Under the pieces are notes generated by a model that searched no databases, was not told the origin of the DNA, and worked only from the letters and a program-made list of their open reading frames with translations. DNA of 64,000 nucleotides from Candidatus Eiseniibacteriota bacterium (GTDB lineage: Bacteria > Eisenbacteria > RBG-16-71-46 > CAIMUX01): NCBI GenBank assembly GCA_046327845.1, contig JAXLXQ010000018.1:1085-65084 (forward strand), in the 5' to 3' direction. The stretch's first letter is position 1, and each line of letters opens with the position of its first letter. Positions 38,698-49,815 of this stretch are shown piece after piece. Made by a program: the position numbers and the translations under genes.

Positions 38698-38749
38698 CTA
38701 GGTCTCAAGAGTTGTTGGTCGAGAAATCAAAGAGGGGGGCTTGGCGAAA

Positions 38750-39445
38750 TCAGGCGAGCCGATAGAGACCGTTGATCGTGACACGGCGAGTCCCGTCGGC
38801 TTCCCGCACCACGGTCTCGGTCGGGACTTCGGGGACGAGGCCGTGGCGGCCGAAACGCAGGTCGAGTTCACCAGCGTCCAGGAGGCAAACTCGACCCAGT
38901 CGGGGATGCATGAAGAGGTGTGCGCTTCCTCCGACTGGCTCGAGCGGGCTGTCGATCGGACCGAACCCGGGACCGAAGTTCGCGACCAGGGCGTGCCCTC
39001 CCGAGCGGAGCACCCGACGCGTCTCGGCAATGGCCGCCTCGAATTCCCCCTCGTCCTTCGCCAGGAAGTACACCCCGAGGGCAATCACCCAGTCGAAGCT
39101 CCCGCTGGCGAAGCGATCCAACCGATCCATACGAGCCGCCTGAGCTCTCGCGGTCGCCTGCTCAAGACCGAGGATGGGAACGAGCCGCTCGCGCGTGTGC
39201 TCGACCATCGCACTCGACGCGTCGACCGCCTCGAGATCGAATCCCATCGTGGCTAGGAAGACGGCGTTCCGACCCCCGGCGCAGCCCAGGTCGAGAACCC
39301 TTGTCGCGGACGGGCTGGGGACACTCCCGAGGATCGCTGACACGCGATGGTCCACCTCGCGCGCCGCGAACTCCCGCACCTGCTCGGGCTCCTCCCAGAA
39401 TGGATCGCCGAAGTTCATGTGAACGATTTCTCCATCTTCTTGCAC
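38750..39445 (-). CDS. Class I SAM-dependent methyltransferase
   Basis: Motif I VLDLGCAGGRNAVFLATMG followed by AVDASSAMVEH. About 230 aa. Confidence 0.8.
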   Translation of the reverse strand: MQEDGEIVHMNFGDPFWEEPEQVREFAAREVDHRVSAILGSVPSPSATRVLDLGCAGGRNAVFLATMGFDLEAVDASSAMVEHTRERLVPILGLEQATARAQAARMDRLDRFASGSFDWVIALGVYFLAKDEGEFEAAIAETRRVLRSGGHALVANFGPGFGPIDSPLEPVGGSAHLFMHPRLGRVCLLDAGELDLRFGRHGLVPEVPTETVVREADGTRRVTINGLYRLA

Positions 39446-39638
39446 CCCGGAGCGGCGCCGTCTTGCTCACGCGAGGGACGATCTCTAGACTCCCCGCACG
39501 CAACTGAAGGCGGCTTCGCGCAAACGCAGGCGTTGCGAGCGCCGTAGCCACCCTCCGCTGCTCCCCGGCAAGCCAGTGTACGTGATCTCACTTGTCCGCA
39601 TGGAAGTTGAACGTTCGAACAAGGAGGACAGTGTAGCA

Positions 39639-41969
39639 ATGAGGTCCCCAGCCATCCGCGTCAGTGGCTTTCTTGCCATCGCCGCCATCGCCACCACGTC
39701 TTCGGCAATGGCACCCCCCCCAGGCACGACCTCGGTCGCGCAAGATCCGTGGGTGCACGGCGAGATCCTTGTACAACTTTCGACCGCGGCGATGCGGTCG
39801 GCGGACTTTCACAGCAACCTGATGTCGTCGGGCCGGACCGGAATCGCGTTGGTCGACCAGAGCCTCCGCGCCATCGGGTCATTCGAGGTCTCGAGTGTCT
39901 TCGAGCGGGGCAACGATCCGGGCGCCCGCTCCGCCGCCGGACTGGACCGCATCTTCCGCGTGCGCTACGCCGATTTGATGACTCCTGATCAGGCGGCCCG
40001 GATGTTCGCCGCGAACGGCGACGTCGTGTTCGCCGAACCGAATTTCATCGCGCACGCGCTGGTCACGCCGAACGATCCGACCTACCCACTGCAGTGGGCG
40101 CACAACAACACCGGTCAGGCGATCAGCTACACCGGCGGCAACGTCGGTACGGCCGACTGCGACACCGACACTGATCAAGCGTGGGATCTGCAGACCGGCA
40201 GCGCGACCTTCATCCTCTCGGTGATCGACACGGGCGTCGACACCGGGCATCCGGAGTTCGCGGGACGAATCGTCGCCGGCTTCGACTACGTGAACAACGA
40301 CTCGAACCCGACCGACGACAATGGCCACGGCACCTGCTGCGCCGGAATCGCGGCCGGGGCCGGCAACAACGCGGCGGGCACCGCCGGCGTGGCCTGGAAC
40401 GTGAAGATCATGCCGGTCAAGGTGCTCGACTCCGCCGGCAGCGGCTCCTACACCTGGGTCGCGAATGGAATGACCTTCGCCGCCGACAATGGCGCCAAGA
40501 TCCTCTCCATGAGCCTCGGCGGTCCGGCATCCTCGACGCTCCAGACCGCGGTGAACTACGCGGTGAATACGAAGGGGTGCGCCCTCTTCGCTGCCACTGG
40601 CAACTCGAACGCCTCGGCGCTCGATTATCCGGCGGCATACAGCAACGTGATCTCGGTCGGCGCGCTGTCGCCGTGCAATGAGCGGAAGAGCCCGTCGAGC
40701 TGCGACGGCGAGAACTGGTGGGGCTCGAACTACGGCACCGGGATCGACTTCATGGCGCCCGGCGTGCGCATCCATTGCCCGGACATCCGCGGTGCCGGCG
40801 GTTTCGGTTCCGGTGACTACATCTCGGACTTCAACGGCACCTCATCGGCCACTCCGCATGCCGCGGGGATCGGTGCGCTCGTCTGGTCACAGAATCCGGC
40901 GTTGACCAACACCGGACTCCTCACCGTTCTGCAAAACAACTGCGATGACATCGGCACCGCCGGCTATGACACGCAGACCGGCTACGGTCGCTTGAACGCC
41001 TTCCGCGCCGTGCAGAACGCCGCGGGTGGTGGTGGCGGCGGCGGCACTCCCATCACCGTCTTCTCGGAGGACTTCGAGACCAACGTGGTGCCCGGCACGG
41101 TCTGGGGCGCCAACGACGCGAACGGCACGAGCGGTGCCGACTACTGGGGCGACCAGTCGAGCGGCTCGGGTGCGCGGGTACACGGTGGAAGCTGGAGCGC
41201 CTACTGCGCGGACAATTCCAGCGTCGCCGGGCAGCGCTACGACAACAACATGACCGCGTACATGACCAAGACCGCATCGGTCAGCCTGAGTGGCGTGACC
41301 AACGTCACCTTCTCCTTCTGGTTCTGGAACGCGACCTTCAACGCCAGCGACTACCTGGCCTTCCAGTACTGGAACGGCACAGCTTGGGTCGAGCAGCAGC
41401 GCTGGTCCGGCGCGAGCACCGGCTGGACGCAGGCGAGCTACACGCTCACCGGCTTCACCACGTTCCAGTGGCGCTGGCTCTTCTTCTCGAACTCCAGCAG
41501 CACTGCCGAAGGGGCGTACATCGACGACATCGTGATCTCCGGCGTGACCGCGATCGCCCCGCCGCAGCCGATGGCGGTAACCCTTCTTAGCGAACGCACC
41601 GAGCCCGACATGACCGCCTCGCTTCGGGGCGATCTCTCGAGCGTGAAGGGAAACCCGGTCGAGATTGAAGCGCCCGAGCTGGCGTCGATCGAGCCGGGGC
41701 ACCTGGCCGCGTCTCCCAACCCGGTGATGAGCAGCGCGACGCTCCGCTTCGCCCTCGCCATCCCTGGTTCGGTGAGTCTTGAGGTGTACAGCGCGGATGG
41801 ACGGCGCGTGGCTCGAGTCTTCGAGGGCGCTCTCGCCGCCGGTCCGCACAGTCTCGACTGGAACGGCGCGGGCGGCGACGGGCGCGCGCTTCCCGCCGGG
41901 GTCTACTATGCGCGGCTCAGCATCGACGGCGCGCTGAGCGCCGTCTCGAGGATGGTCCTCGTGAGGTAG
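39639..41969 (+). CDS. Subtilisin-like serine protease (S8) with FlgD-Ig/T9SS-like C-terminal sorting domain
   Basis: Catalytic triad contexts VIDTGVDTGHPEF, GHGTCCAGIAAG and GTSSATPHAAG. Start at MRSPAIRVSGFLAIAAIATTSSAMA with AAGGAGGA SD. C-terminus: SPNPVMSSATLRFAL...VYSADGRRVARV...GVYYARL...RMVLVR. Confidence 0.9.
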   Translation: MRSPAIRVSGFLAIAAIATTSSAMAPPPGTTSVAQDPWVHGEILVQLSTAAMRSADFHSNLMSSGRTGIALVDQSLRAIGSFEVSSVFERGNDPGARSAAGLDRIFRVRYADLMTPDQAARMFAANGDVVFAEPNFIAHALVTPNDPTYPLQWAHNNTGQAISYTGGNVGTADCDTDTDQAWDLQTGSATFILSVIDTGVDTGHPEFAGRIVAGFDYVNNDSNPTDDNGHGTCCAGIAAGAGNNAAGTAGVAWNVKIMPVKVLDSAGSGSYTWVANGMTFAADNGAKILSMSLGGPASSTLQTAVNYAVNTKGCALFAATGNSNASALDYPAAYSNVISVGALSPCNERKSPSSCDGENWWGSNYGTGIDFMAPGVRIHCPDIRGAGGFGSGDYISDFNGTSSATPHAAGIGALVWSQNPALTNTGLLTVLQNNCDDIGTAGYDTQTGYGRLNAFRAVQNAAGGGGGGGTPITVFSEDFETNVVPGTVWGANDANGTSGADYWGDQSSGSGARVHGGSWSAYCADNSSVAGQRYDNNMTAYMTKTASVSLSGVTNVTFSFWFWNATFNASDYLAFQYWNGTAWVEQQRWSGASTGWTQASYTLTGFTTFQWRWLFFSNSSSTAEGAYIDDIVISGVTAIAPPQPMAVTLLSERTEPDMTASLRGDLSSVKGNPVEIEAPELASIEPGHLAASPNPVMSSATLRFALAIPGSVSLEVYSADGRRVARVFEGALAAGPHSLDWNGAGGDGRALPAGVYYARLSIDGALSAVSRMVLVR

Positions 41970-42055
41970 GCCCGCACACAAGGTTGCTCGCATTCTCCTT
42001 TCGAGGAGACGAGCAAGGGGCGCTCCGAGGAAACTCGTGAGCGTGGTGAGCACCG

Positions 42056-42086
42056 GCGGCCCCCGGTTATTCTGATCGGGGGCCGC
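42056..42086 (+). terminator. Intrinsic-terminator-like hairpin after the S8 protease gene
   Basis: GCGGCCCCCG-N11-CGGGGGCCGC followed by ACCTATTTGG. Confidence 0.5.
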
Positions 42087-42103
42087 ACCTATTTGGAGGA
42101 TTC

Positions 42104-42949
42104 ATGCGCTGGCAGGGAGAGCGACGGAGCAGCAACGTTGAAGATCGCCGCGGACGAATTCCCGGCGGCGGAATCGCGCTGGGGGGAGGCGGCCTGCTGC
42201 TCGTGCTCTTGGCGGTCCTGTTCGGCGCCGATCCGCGTCAGGTCTTGGAGCAGCTGGGCGGAGGGAATTCGACGGAGAGCGTCGAGGCACCGCGGGACCC
42301 GGCCGAGGACGCGATGGCGGAGTTCGTCTCCGTCGTGCTGGCAGAGACCGAGGATGTGTGGAACGCCGAATTCCAGAAGCGCGGGAAGGCCTATCGCGAG
42401 CCCACCCTCGTCCTCTTCACCGAGCGGGTGGAGTCAGCCTGCGGCCTGGCGAGCCAAGCGATGGGACCCTTCTACTGCCCGGGCGACGAGAAGGTGTACA
42501 TCGACCTCGCCTTCTATCAAATGCTCAGGGACCGCTTCCAGGCGCCCGGAGACTTTGCTCAGGCCTACGTCATCGCCCATGAGGTCGGTCACCACGTACA
42601 GAATCTCCTTGGGATCAGCGACCAGGTGGCCGCGATGCGGGAACGCTTGAGCCAGGAGGAGTACAACCAACTCTCGGTCCGGCTTGAATTGCAGGCCGAC
42701 TTCCTGGCTGGCGTGTGGGCGCACCACACCGAGCAGCTGAAGCAGAACCTCGAGCCCGGCGACATCGAGGAGGCGCTCAACGCCGCAACCGCGATCGGCG
42801 ACGACCGGCTGCAGATGGAATCGCAGGGCTACGTGGTCCCGGATGCATTCACCCACGGTACGTCGGAGCAGCGGCTTCGGTGGTTCCGAAGGGGGTACGA
42901 GAGCGGCGACCTGGAAGACGGCGATACCTTCGCCGCCGACGAACTCTGA
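42104..42949 (+). CDS. ypfJ: YpfJ-family neutral zinc metallopeptidase
   Basis: MRWQGERRSSNVEDRRG N-terminus, TM helix, GPFYCPGDEKVYIDL and AHEVGHHVQN are hallmarks of the family. Confidence 0.9.
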   Translation: MRWQGERRSSNVEDRRGRIPGGGIALGGGGLLLVLLAVLFGADPRQVLEQLGGGNSTESVEAPRDPAEDAMAEFVSVVLAETEDVWNAEFQKRGKAYREPTLVLFTERVESACGLASQAMGPFYCPGDEKVYIDLAFYQMLRDRFQAPGDFAQAYVIAHEVGHHVQNLLGISDQVAAMRERLSQEEYNQLSVRLELQADFLAGVWAHHTEQLKQNLEPGDIEEALNAATAIGDDRLQMESQGYVVPDAFTHGTSEQRLRWFRRGYESGDLEDGDTFAADEL

Positions 42950-43030
42950 TTCCCTTTGCTCGAGTCGGAATCGAGAGTCCGGCGCGAGAGGCGCGGTGTG
43001 ACCCGCGCCCCTCGCCGGCCTGTTCAGTGG

Positions 43031-44008
43031 TCAATCGCGCGAGACGTAGAACGCGACCCAGCGCGTTTCACCGAGGGATAGCTCGACCTCCCGAGCCGGA
43101 TTGGACTGCCGATCCATCAGGTGATAGCCCACGGGCACGTCGATCTCCGCATCGTATGTGCCGGCGGGCAGGCTCCAAGTCACGAGGCCGCGTTCCCCCG
43201 TTTCGCCGCTCGCCACGAGTTCGCCCGTACCGGAGAGCTTGATCCGCACTGGAACCTGCTCCAACCCAAGACTGTCGGCTGCGGTACCCGAACCGACTAC
43301 CTGGATGAACAGGTCGCCCGTGGTCGGAGGTGGCGTCGCGAAGAGGTCGATCTGCACCTCCGCGGTGGACTCCTCCGACACGATGAGGTCCTCCGGCTGA
43401 ACGCGGAGGAACCCGTAGCCATTCGGCGGCTCGACCCGCAGCGCGCAGTGACCGACTGGCGCCCACATCTCGCCGTTTCCATTCGCATCCGTGACGCCGC
43501 GAGCTTGCGCGCCACCATCCTCGCCGAAGGAGTAGAGCAGGACGTCCGGCACCGGCGCGCCATCCGCCCGCGCGTGGAATCGAATCAGGCCGACCTCGCC
43601 CGGAGGGATCCAAGTCGTGTCCGAGGTGGCGAGAAGGAAGTTCACCTTGATGACATCGCCTTGAGTCACGGAAACACTGCGCGCAACTTCACCCTCCGCG
43701 GCGGCGAAGCCTGCTGGCGGAAGATAGCTGACCTCGTAGTCGCCCGGCGCCAGGCCGGAGAAGTCGAATCGACCGAGCGCATCGGTGTGCACGACGCTCG
43801 AGGGGGTGAGCGTCGACCCGAGCGAGATCAAGGTCGCGGGGAGGGATGATCGACCCGGCGCCACGAGTCGCCCCTCGACCCGGCCCGTGAGCGAATCCCC
43901 CGAGTCAACGCGGAGCGTCCCATCCCTGCCGCCGCACCCCGTGAGCAACGCGAGAAGAATCCACGCTGCGCCCGCGACGCCGCCGCTTTGGAATCGTGAT
44001 TGGTTCAT
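43031..44008 (-). CDS. Lipoprotein with carboxypeptidase-regulatory-like (prealbumin-fold) repeats
   Basis: Trimmed to MNQSRFQSGGVAGAAWILLALLTGC (lipobox) with GGAAGGAGAG SD. Repeats of the type TDALGRFDFSGLAPGDYEV and TDANGNGEMWAPVG. Confidence 0.7.
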   Translation of the reverse strand: MNQSRFQSGGVAGAAWILLALLTGCGGRDGTLRVDSGDSLTGRVEGRLVAPGRSSLPATLISLGSTLTPSSVVHTDALGRFDFSGLAPGDYEVSYLPPAGFAAAEGEVARSVSVTQGDVIKVNFLLATSDTTWIPPGEVGLIRFHARADGAPVPDVLLYSFGEDGGAQARGVTDANGNGEMWAPVGHCALRVEPPNGYGFLRVQPEDLIVSEESTAEVQIDLFATPPPTTGDLFIQVVGSGTAADSLGLEQVPVRIKLSGTGELVASGETGERGLVTWSLPAGTYDAEIDVPVGYHLMDRQSNPAREVELSLGETRWVAFYVSRD

Positions 44009-44143
44009 GTCCGGCTCTCCTTCCGACCCCGTCGCGACCGCTGGCGCGCGGGGATCCGAGCAACCCCTGCCACACGGGAAACCCAACGACGACGCGCCCG
44101 GTCACATGAATTCGTCGCCGGTGCGCGCGAGGCACCGCCGAGT

Positions 44144-44173
44144 GGGAAACTTGCCGTGGCCCGAGAAATCTGT
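44144..44173 (+). promoter_or_regulatory. ECF (sigmaE-type) promoter candidate upstream of the ECF sigma gene
   Basis: GGGAAACTT-N16-TCTGT versus E. coli sigmaE-type GGAACTT-N16-TCTGA. If it is used, the sigma gene probably starts at 44208 rather than 44181. Confidence 0.4.
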
Positions 44174-44180
44174 GACGCGA

Positions 44181-44744
44181 ATGCAGCCGGCGGGGTTCTC
44201 TCCAGTGATGACCGACGAGGAGGCGATCCGGCAGGTGCAGAGGGGGAACGACGACGCCTTCTCTACGCTGGTCGATCGGTATCACGGTTCCTGCCGGCGA
44301 TTCGCGTTGCGCATGCTGGACGACCCGACGGATGCCGACGAGGTGGTGCAAGACACCTTTCTGCGCGCGTTCCGCGCTCTCGGACGCTACGACCACCGGG
44401 ATCGATTCGCGGCGTGGCTCATGCGGATCCTCATCAATCGGTGCCGTACCGCGGCCCGACGCGCGCGGAAGCACAACGCTCCGCTGGTCCCCCTCGAGGC
44501 GGCGAGCAGGGTGGAGGACCAGGCGACGACGCCAGGACGATCGACCGAGGGCGCCGAGATCGAAGCGGCGATCACCGAACTCCGGCCGGAGCAACGCGAG
44601 CTCTTCCTGCTTCGCTTCGTCGAGCGCCTGAGCTACGAAGAGATCGCGACGGTGACCGGAGTCGGCGTCTCGGCGCTCAAGATGCGGGTTCTTAGGACCC
44701 GCGACGAACTGAGGCGAAAACTCCGAGGTGAGGTACGCGAATGA
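44181..44744 (+). CDS. ECF-family RNA polymerase sigma factor (sigma70 regions 2 and 4)
   Basis: Region 2: DADEVVQDTFLRAFRALGRYDHRDRFAAWLMRILINRC. Region 4: LRPEQRELFLLRFVERLSYEEIATVTGVGVSALKMRVLRTR. The track ORF 43785.. is over-extended. Confidence 0.9.
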   Translation: MQPAGFSPVMTDEEAIRQVQRGNDDAFSTLVDRYHGSCRRFALRMLDDPTDADEVVQDTFLRAFRALGRYDHRDRFAAWLMRILINRCRTAARRARKHNAPLVPLEAASRVEDQATTPGRSTEGAEIEAAITELRPEQRELFLLRFVERLSYEEIATVTGVGVSALKMRVLRTRDELRRKLRGEVRE

Positions 44745-45361
44745 CCCCCGATGCACGCGGACCGCGACCCGACGACGCGGAGGAGCTACGGGAAGCAGAG
44801 GCCTGGCTGCTGAGGCAGGCAAGCCTGCTCCCTCCGGTCCCCGCGAGCGAGGACGTGCGACGCAAGCGCGAGATCCTGTCCGCGATCCACCAGAGGGGAG
44901 CGCGACGCTCATCTTTGGCTGCACTGATTGCGTGGCTCCGTGAACCGCGCGAAGTCCGACTCTCGCCTCTGGGCGTGGGCGGGCTGGCCCTCGCGGTGGC
45001 AACGATCGGGTTGGTGCTGGGGTTCACGTGGAGTCGTCGGGTGGAGGTGGGCGCGAATTTCGAGGTTCGGGAATCACCCATCGGCGGTGCTCGCGAGTCC
45101 GTGCGTTTTACCTTGGAGGCGCCCAACGCGCGCCAGGTCGTGTTGGTCGGAGACTTCAATGACTGGGATCCGACGGCCACGCCTCTCTCCCGCTCCGGCC
45201 GTGAGGCTTGGATCGTCGACCTGCCGCTCGAGCCGGGGCTTTATCACTATTCGTTCGTGGTGGACGGCAGACTGCGAAGCGGCTCCGGTGGGCCGCTCGA
45301 GTCATCCGATGGACTTGGAGGAAGAAACTCGGTGGTGATCGTTCAGGGAGTGGCCCTGTGA
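44741..45361 (+). CDS. Anti-sigma factor candidate: single TM helix plus extracytoplasmic CBM48/AMPK-beta-like E-set domain
   Basis: ATGA overlap with the sigma gene. TM helix LGVGGLALAVATIGLVLGF. VVLVGDFNDWDP...WIVDLPLEPGLYHYSFVVDG. Confidence 0.7.
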   Translation: MTPDARGPRPDDAEELREAEAWLLRQASLLPPVPASEDVRRKREILSAIHQRGARRSSLAALIAWLREPREVRLSPLGVGGLALAVATIGLVLGFTWSRRVEVGANFEVRESPIGGARESVRFTLEAPNARQVVLVGDFNDWDPTATPLSRSGREAWIVDLPLEPGLYHYSFVVDGRLRSGSGGPLESSDGLGGRNSVVIVQGVAL

Positions 45362-45987
45362 TTCCACGCCGGACGTTGGGCATTGCTGCCCTCTCCCTGC
45401 TCCTGGTCTTGAGTGGAGCGGAGGCTTGGGGTTCAGCGGCCGATCTCGATGCAAGATTGGCTAAGCGACTCGATCCACCACTGCTGACCGAAGTCCGCGC
45501 GATCGTGGCAAGCGCGCAGGCCGAGTCGCTCCCGGAAGAACCTCTCGTCTTGCGATCGCTCGAAGGGGCGGCGAAGGGAGCCTCACCGCCGCAGATTCTG
45601 GAAGCCTTGCGGGTCCTGCTCGGACACCTGCGCGTGGCTCGCGCCGCGCTCGGACAAGACGCCGCGGTCGATGCGCTCCGTGCGGGCGCCGATGCCTTGG
45701 CCGCGGGGGTCGATTCCACCACCGTTGCGGGCTTCGCGCCAGGCGCGGCGTCACGAGCCACGGTGGTCGGTTTGGTCGTCCTCTCCGACCTCGTCACGCG
45801 AGGCGTACCGGCGCCGCTCGCCGCACATGGACTCCGAGCGATGATCGCGGCGGGCACCGCCGAACTGGAGTTCCTCGACCTGCGCTCGGCGGTCGAGCGC
45901 GACATCGCCAAGGGCACGGCACCAAGCAGAGCGATGGAGAAGCGAATCGAGTCGATGATGCGCGATCTGCCGCTTGAGCGCCGGTAG
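45358..45987 (+). CDS. Secreted hypothetical protein (209 aa), third gene of the ECF module
   Basis: GTG start overlapping the anti-sigma stop (GTGA). Signal LGIAALSLLLVLSGAEAWGS. Ala- and Leu-rich helical protein. Confidence 0.55.
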   Translation: MIPRRTLGIAALSLLLVLSGAEAWGSAADLDARLAKRLDPPLLTEVRAIVASAQAESLPEEPLVLRSLEGAAKGASPPQILEALRVLLGHLRVARAALGQDAAVDALRAGADALAAGVDSTTVAGFAPGAASRATVVGLVVLSDLVTRGVPAPLAAHGLRAMIAAGTAELEFLDLRSAVERDIAKGTAPSRAMEKRIESMMRDLPLERR

Positions 45988-47172
45988 GAGGAGAAGGAGC
46001 ATGACGGAAGCGCGAGCAGTCCATCGCGGAAATGGGCAGGCGGGGTCCGTGCTCTTCCTCGGTCTTCTGGCGCATGCGCGGCTCCCGCCCGCGCGGCCGG
46101 TGCGGCTGGAGACCGCGCGGCCGGTGCGGGCACGTCAGGCTACCTGGAGTTGCCGACCCAAGCATCGGCGGCCTGCGCGGCGCCTTCGAGCTGACGATGG
46201 CGCGGGAACTCCAAGGCGACTCGGCACTCGAGCTGCCTCGTCGCGGGTTGCCGTGGCCTGCTCAGCGGAGCGATTCGGTCCGTTCTCCGCGAACGGCGCG
46301 GAGATCGAGCCCTTCGTCGAGCGACGCGGGGAGCGGGCGAGCTCCGCTCTCCGCAGGAGTGACCTGCGCGCTGGCGCTCGGGACTTGGAGAAGCACCGAG
46401 AGCGTCGCGGTGTGCGGCGCACTCCGGCTCAGAACCCTCCGGTTGGAGTTGTCCTGCCGGCCGCACCACGTTCGTGCCCCCGCGCAGTTGGCAGGAAGCC
46501 GGCACGACGGAAGATCCCGACTCGGTCCGACGCGGCTCACTCCCCTCGTCACGCGCACCTGTCCCGGCGCGGCCTCGACCGACGGAACGCTTGAGGTGCG
46601 GGTGGCAAGGCGAATTGCGGACGGTCGGAGCGCAGGGTGGAGTGCGCTTCGGCTTGGTGGATCGCGCCTCCCGCTTCGCCGGGCGCGTGCTGGCCGAGCG
46701 CTGGGTGGCGTCACACCTTCCGGTCATCGCCCACGCCGGTTGGAGCCCGGCATCGTTGAGCTCGGCTCGCCGGCGCGACGCACCGGCGGAGTCGCGTTAA
46801 AGGTCAAGGGAACGGAGCCGCGCCTACCGCGTGCGCTCGCTTGCCCCGTGCGTCGTCCGCTGGAGAGTTTCTCCGTGCGCACGGTCGATCATGACGTGCG
46901 TGTCCTCCGACTTCCTTGCCTTCGGCTAGCGTGGTCGAGATGTCCGCCGACTTCACCGAGTGGCGGCGGTCGCCCTCACCCGGCGGGAGACGCGGGAAGC
47001 GCGGCTTCCCATCAAGGCCGGAGTTCATCGTCTGAGCGTGCGCGTCGATCACGGCCGTGGACGGCGCCCCCGGCTTAGTCCCTCTCTCCGATGGATTTGG
47101 CGGCTCGGTCGGGACCCTCTGCTTGCCCTGAGAGTCCCCGCCCCCCTCGATAATTGGGGATGCCTCCCGGGG

Positions 47173-47204
47173 CGCCGGAGCGGTTACAATCCGGCGTCTT
47201 TTTG
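47173..47204 (+). terminator. Rho-independent terminator candidate upstream of hppA
   Basis: CGCCGGA-N10-TCCGGCG followed by TCTTTTTG. This implies a plus-strand transcript ending here from the otherwise unannotatable 46.0-47.2 kb region. Confidence 0.45.
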
Positions 47205-47265
47205 TCTCGAAACCGGAAGGCCCAAGCCTCCGCGCAACCCCAACCCACGGAGACTGGCGAAGGAC

Positions 47266-49697
<2,432 letters not shown>

Positions 49698-49815
49698 TTC
49701 GAGCGCGGGATCTGAAGTGAGCGGCGGTGGCCCCGCTCGCACACAAGGAGAAGCCGAGTGGGTTCGATCCCACTCGGCTTCGTCGTTTCGAGGCGATGCT
49801 GCTCCGAACCGCGCG

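Noticed and set aside
46089-46129. Direct repeat that could hint at a CRISPR or minisatellite
   Set aside because: There are only two copies with a 24-nt period, no spacer-repeat architecture, and no cas genes in the window.
45156-46133. 325-aa minus-strand ORF
   Set aside because: Antisense to the third gene of the ECF module. It is an Ala/Arg/Ser/Pro-rich shadow.
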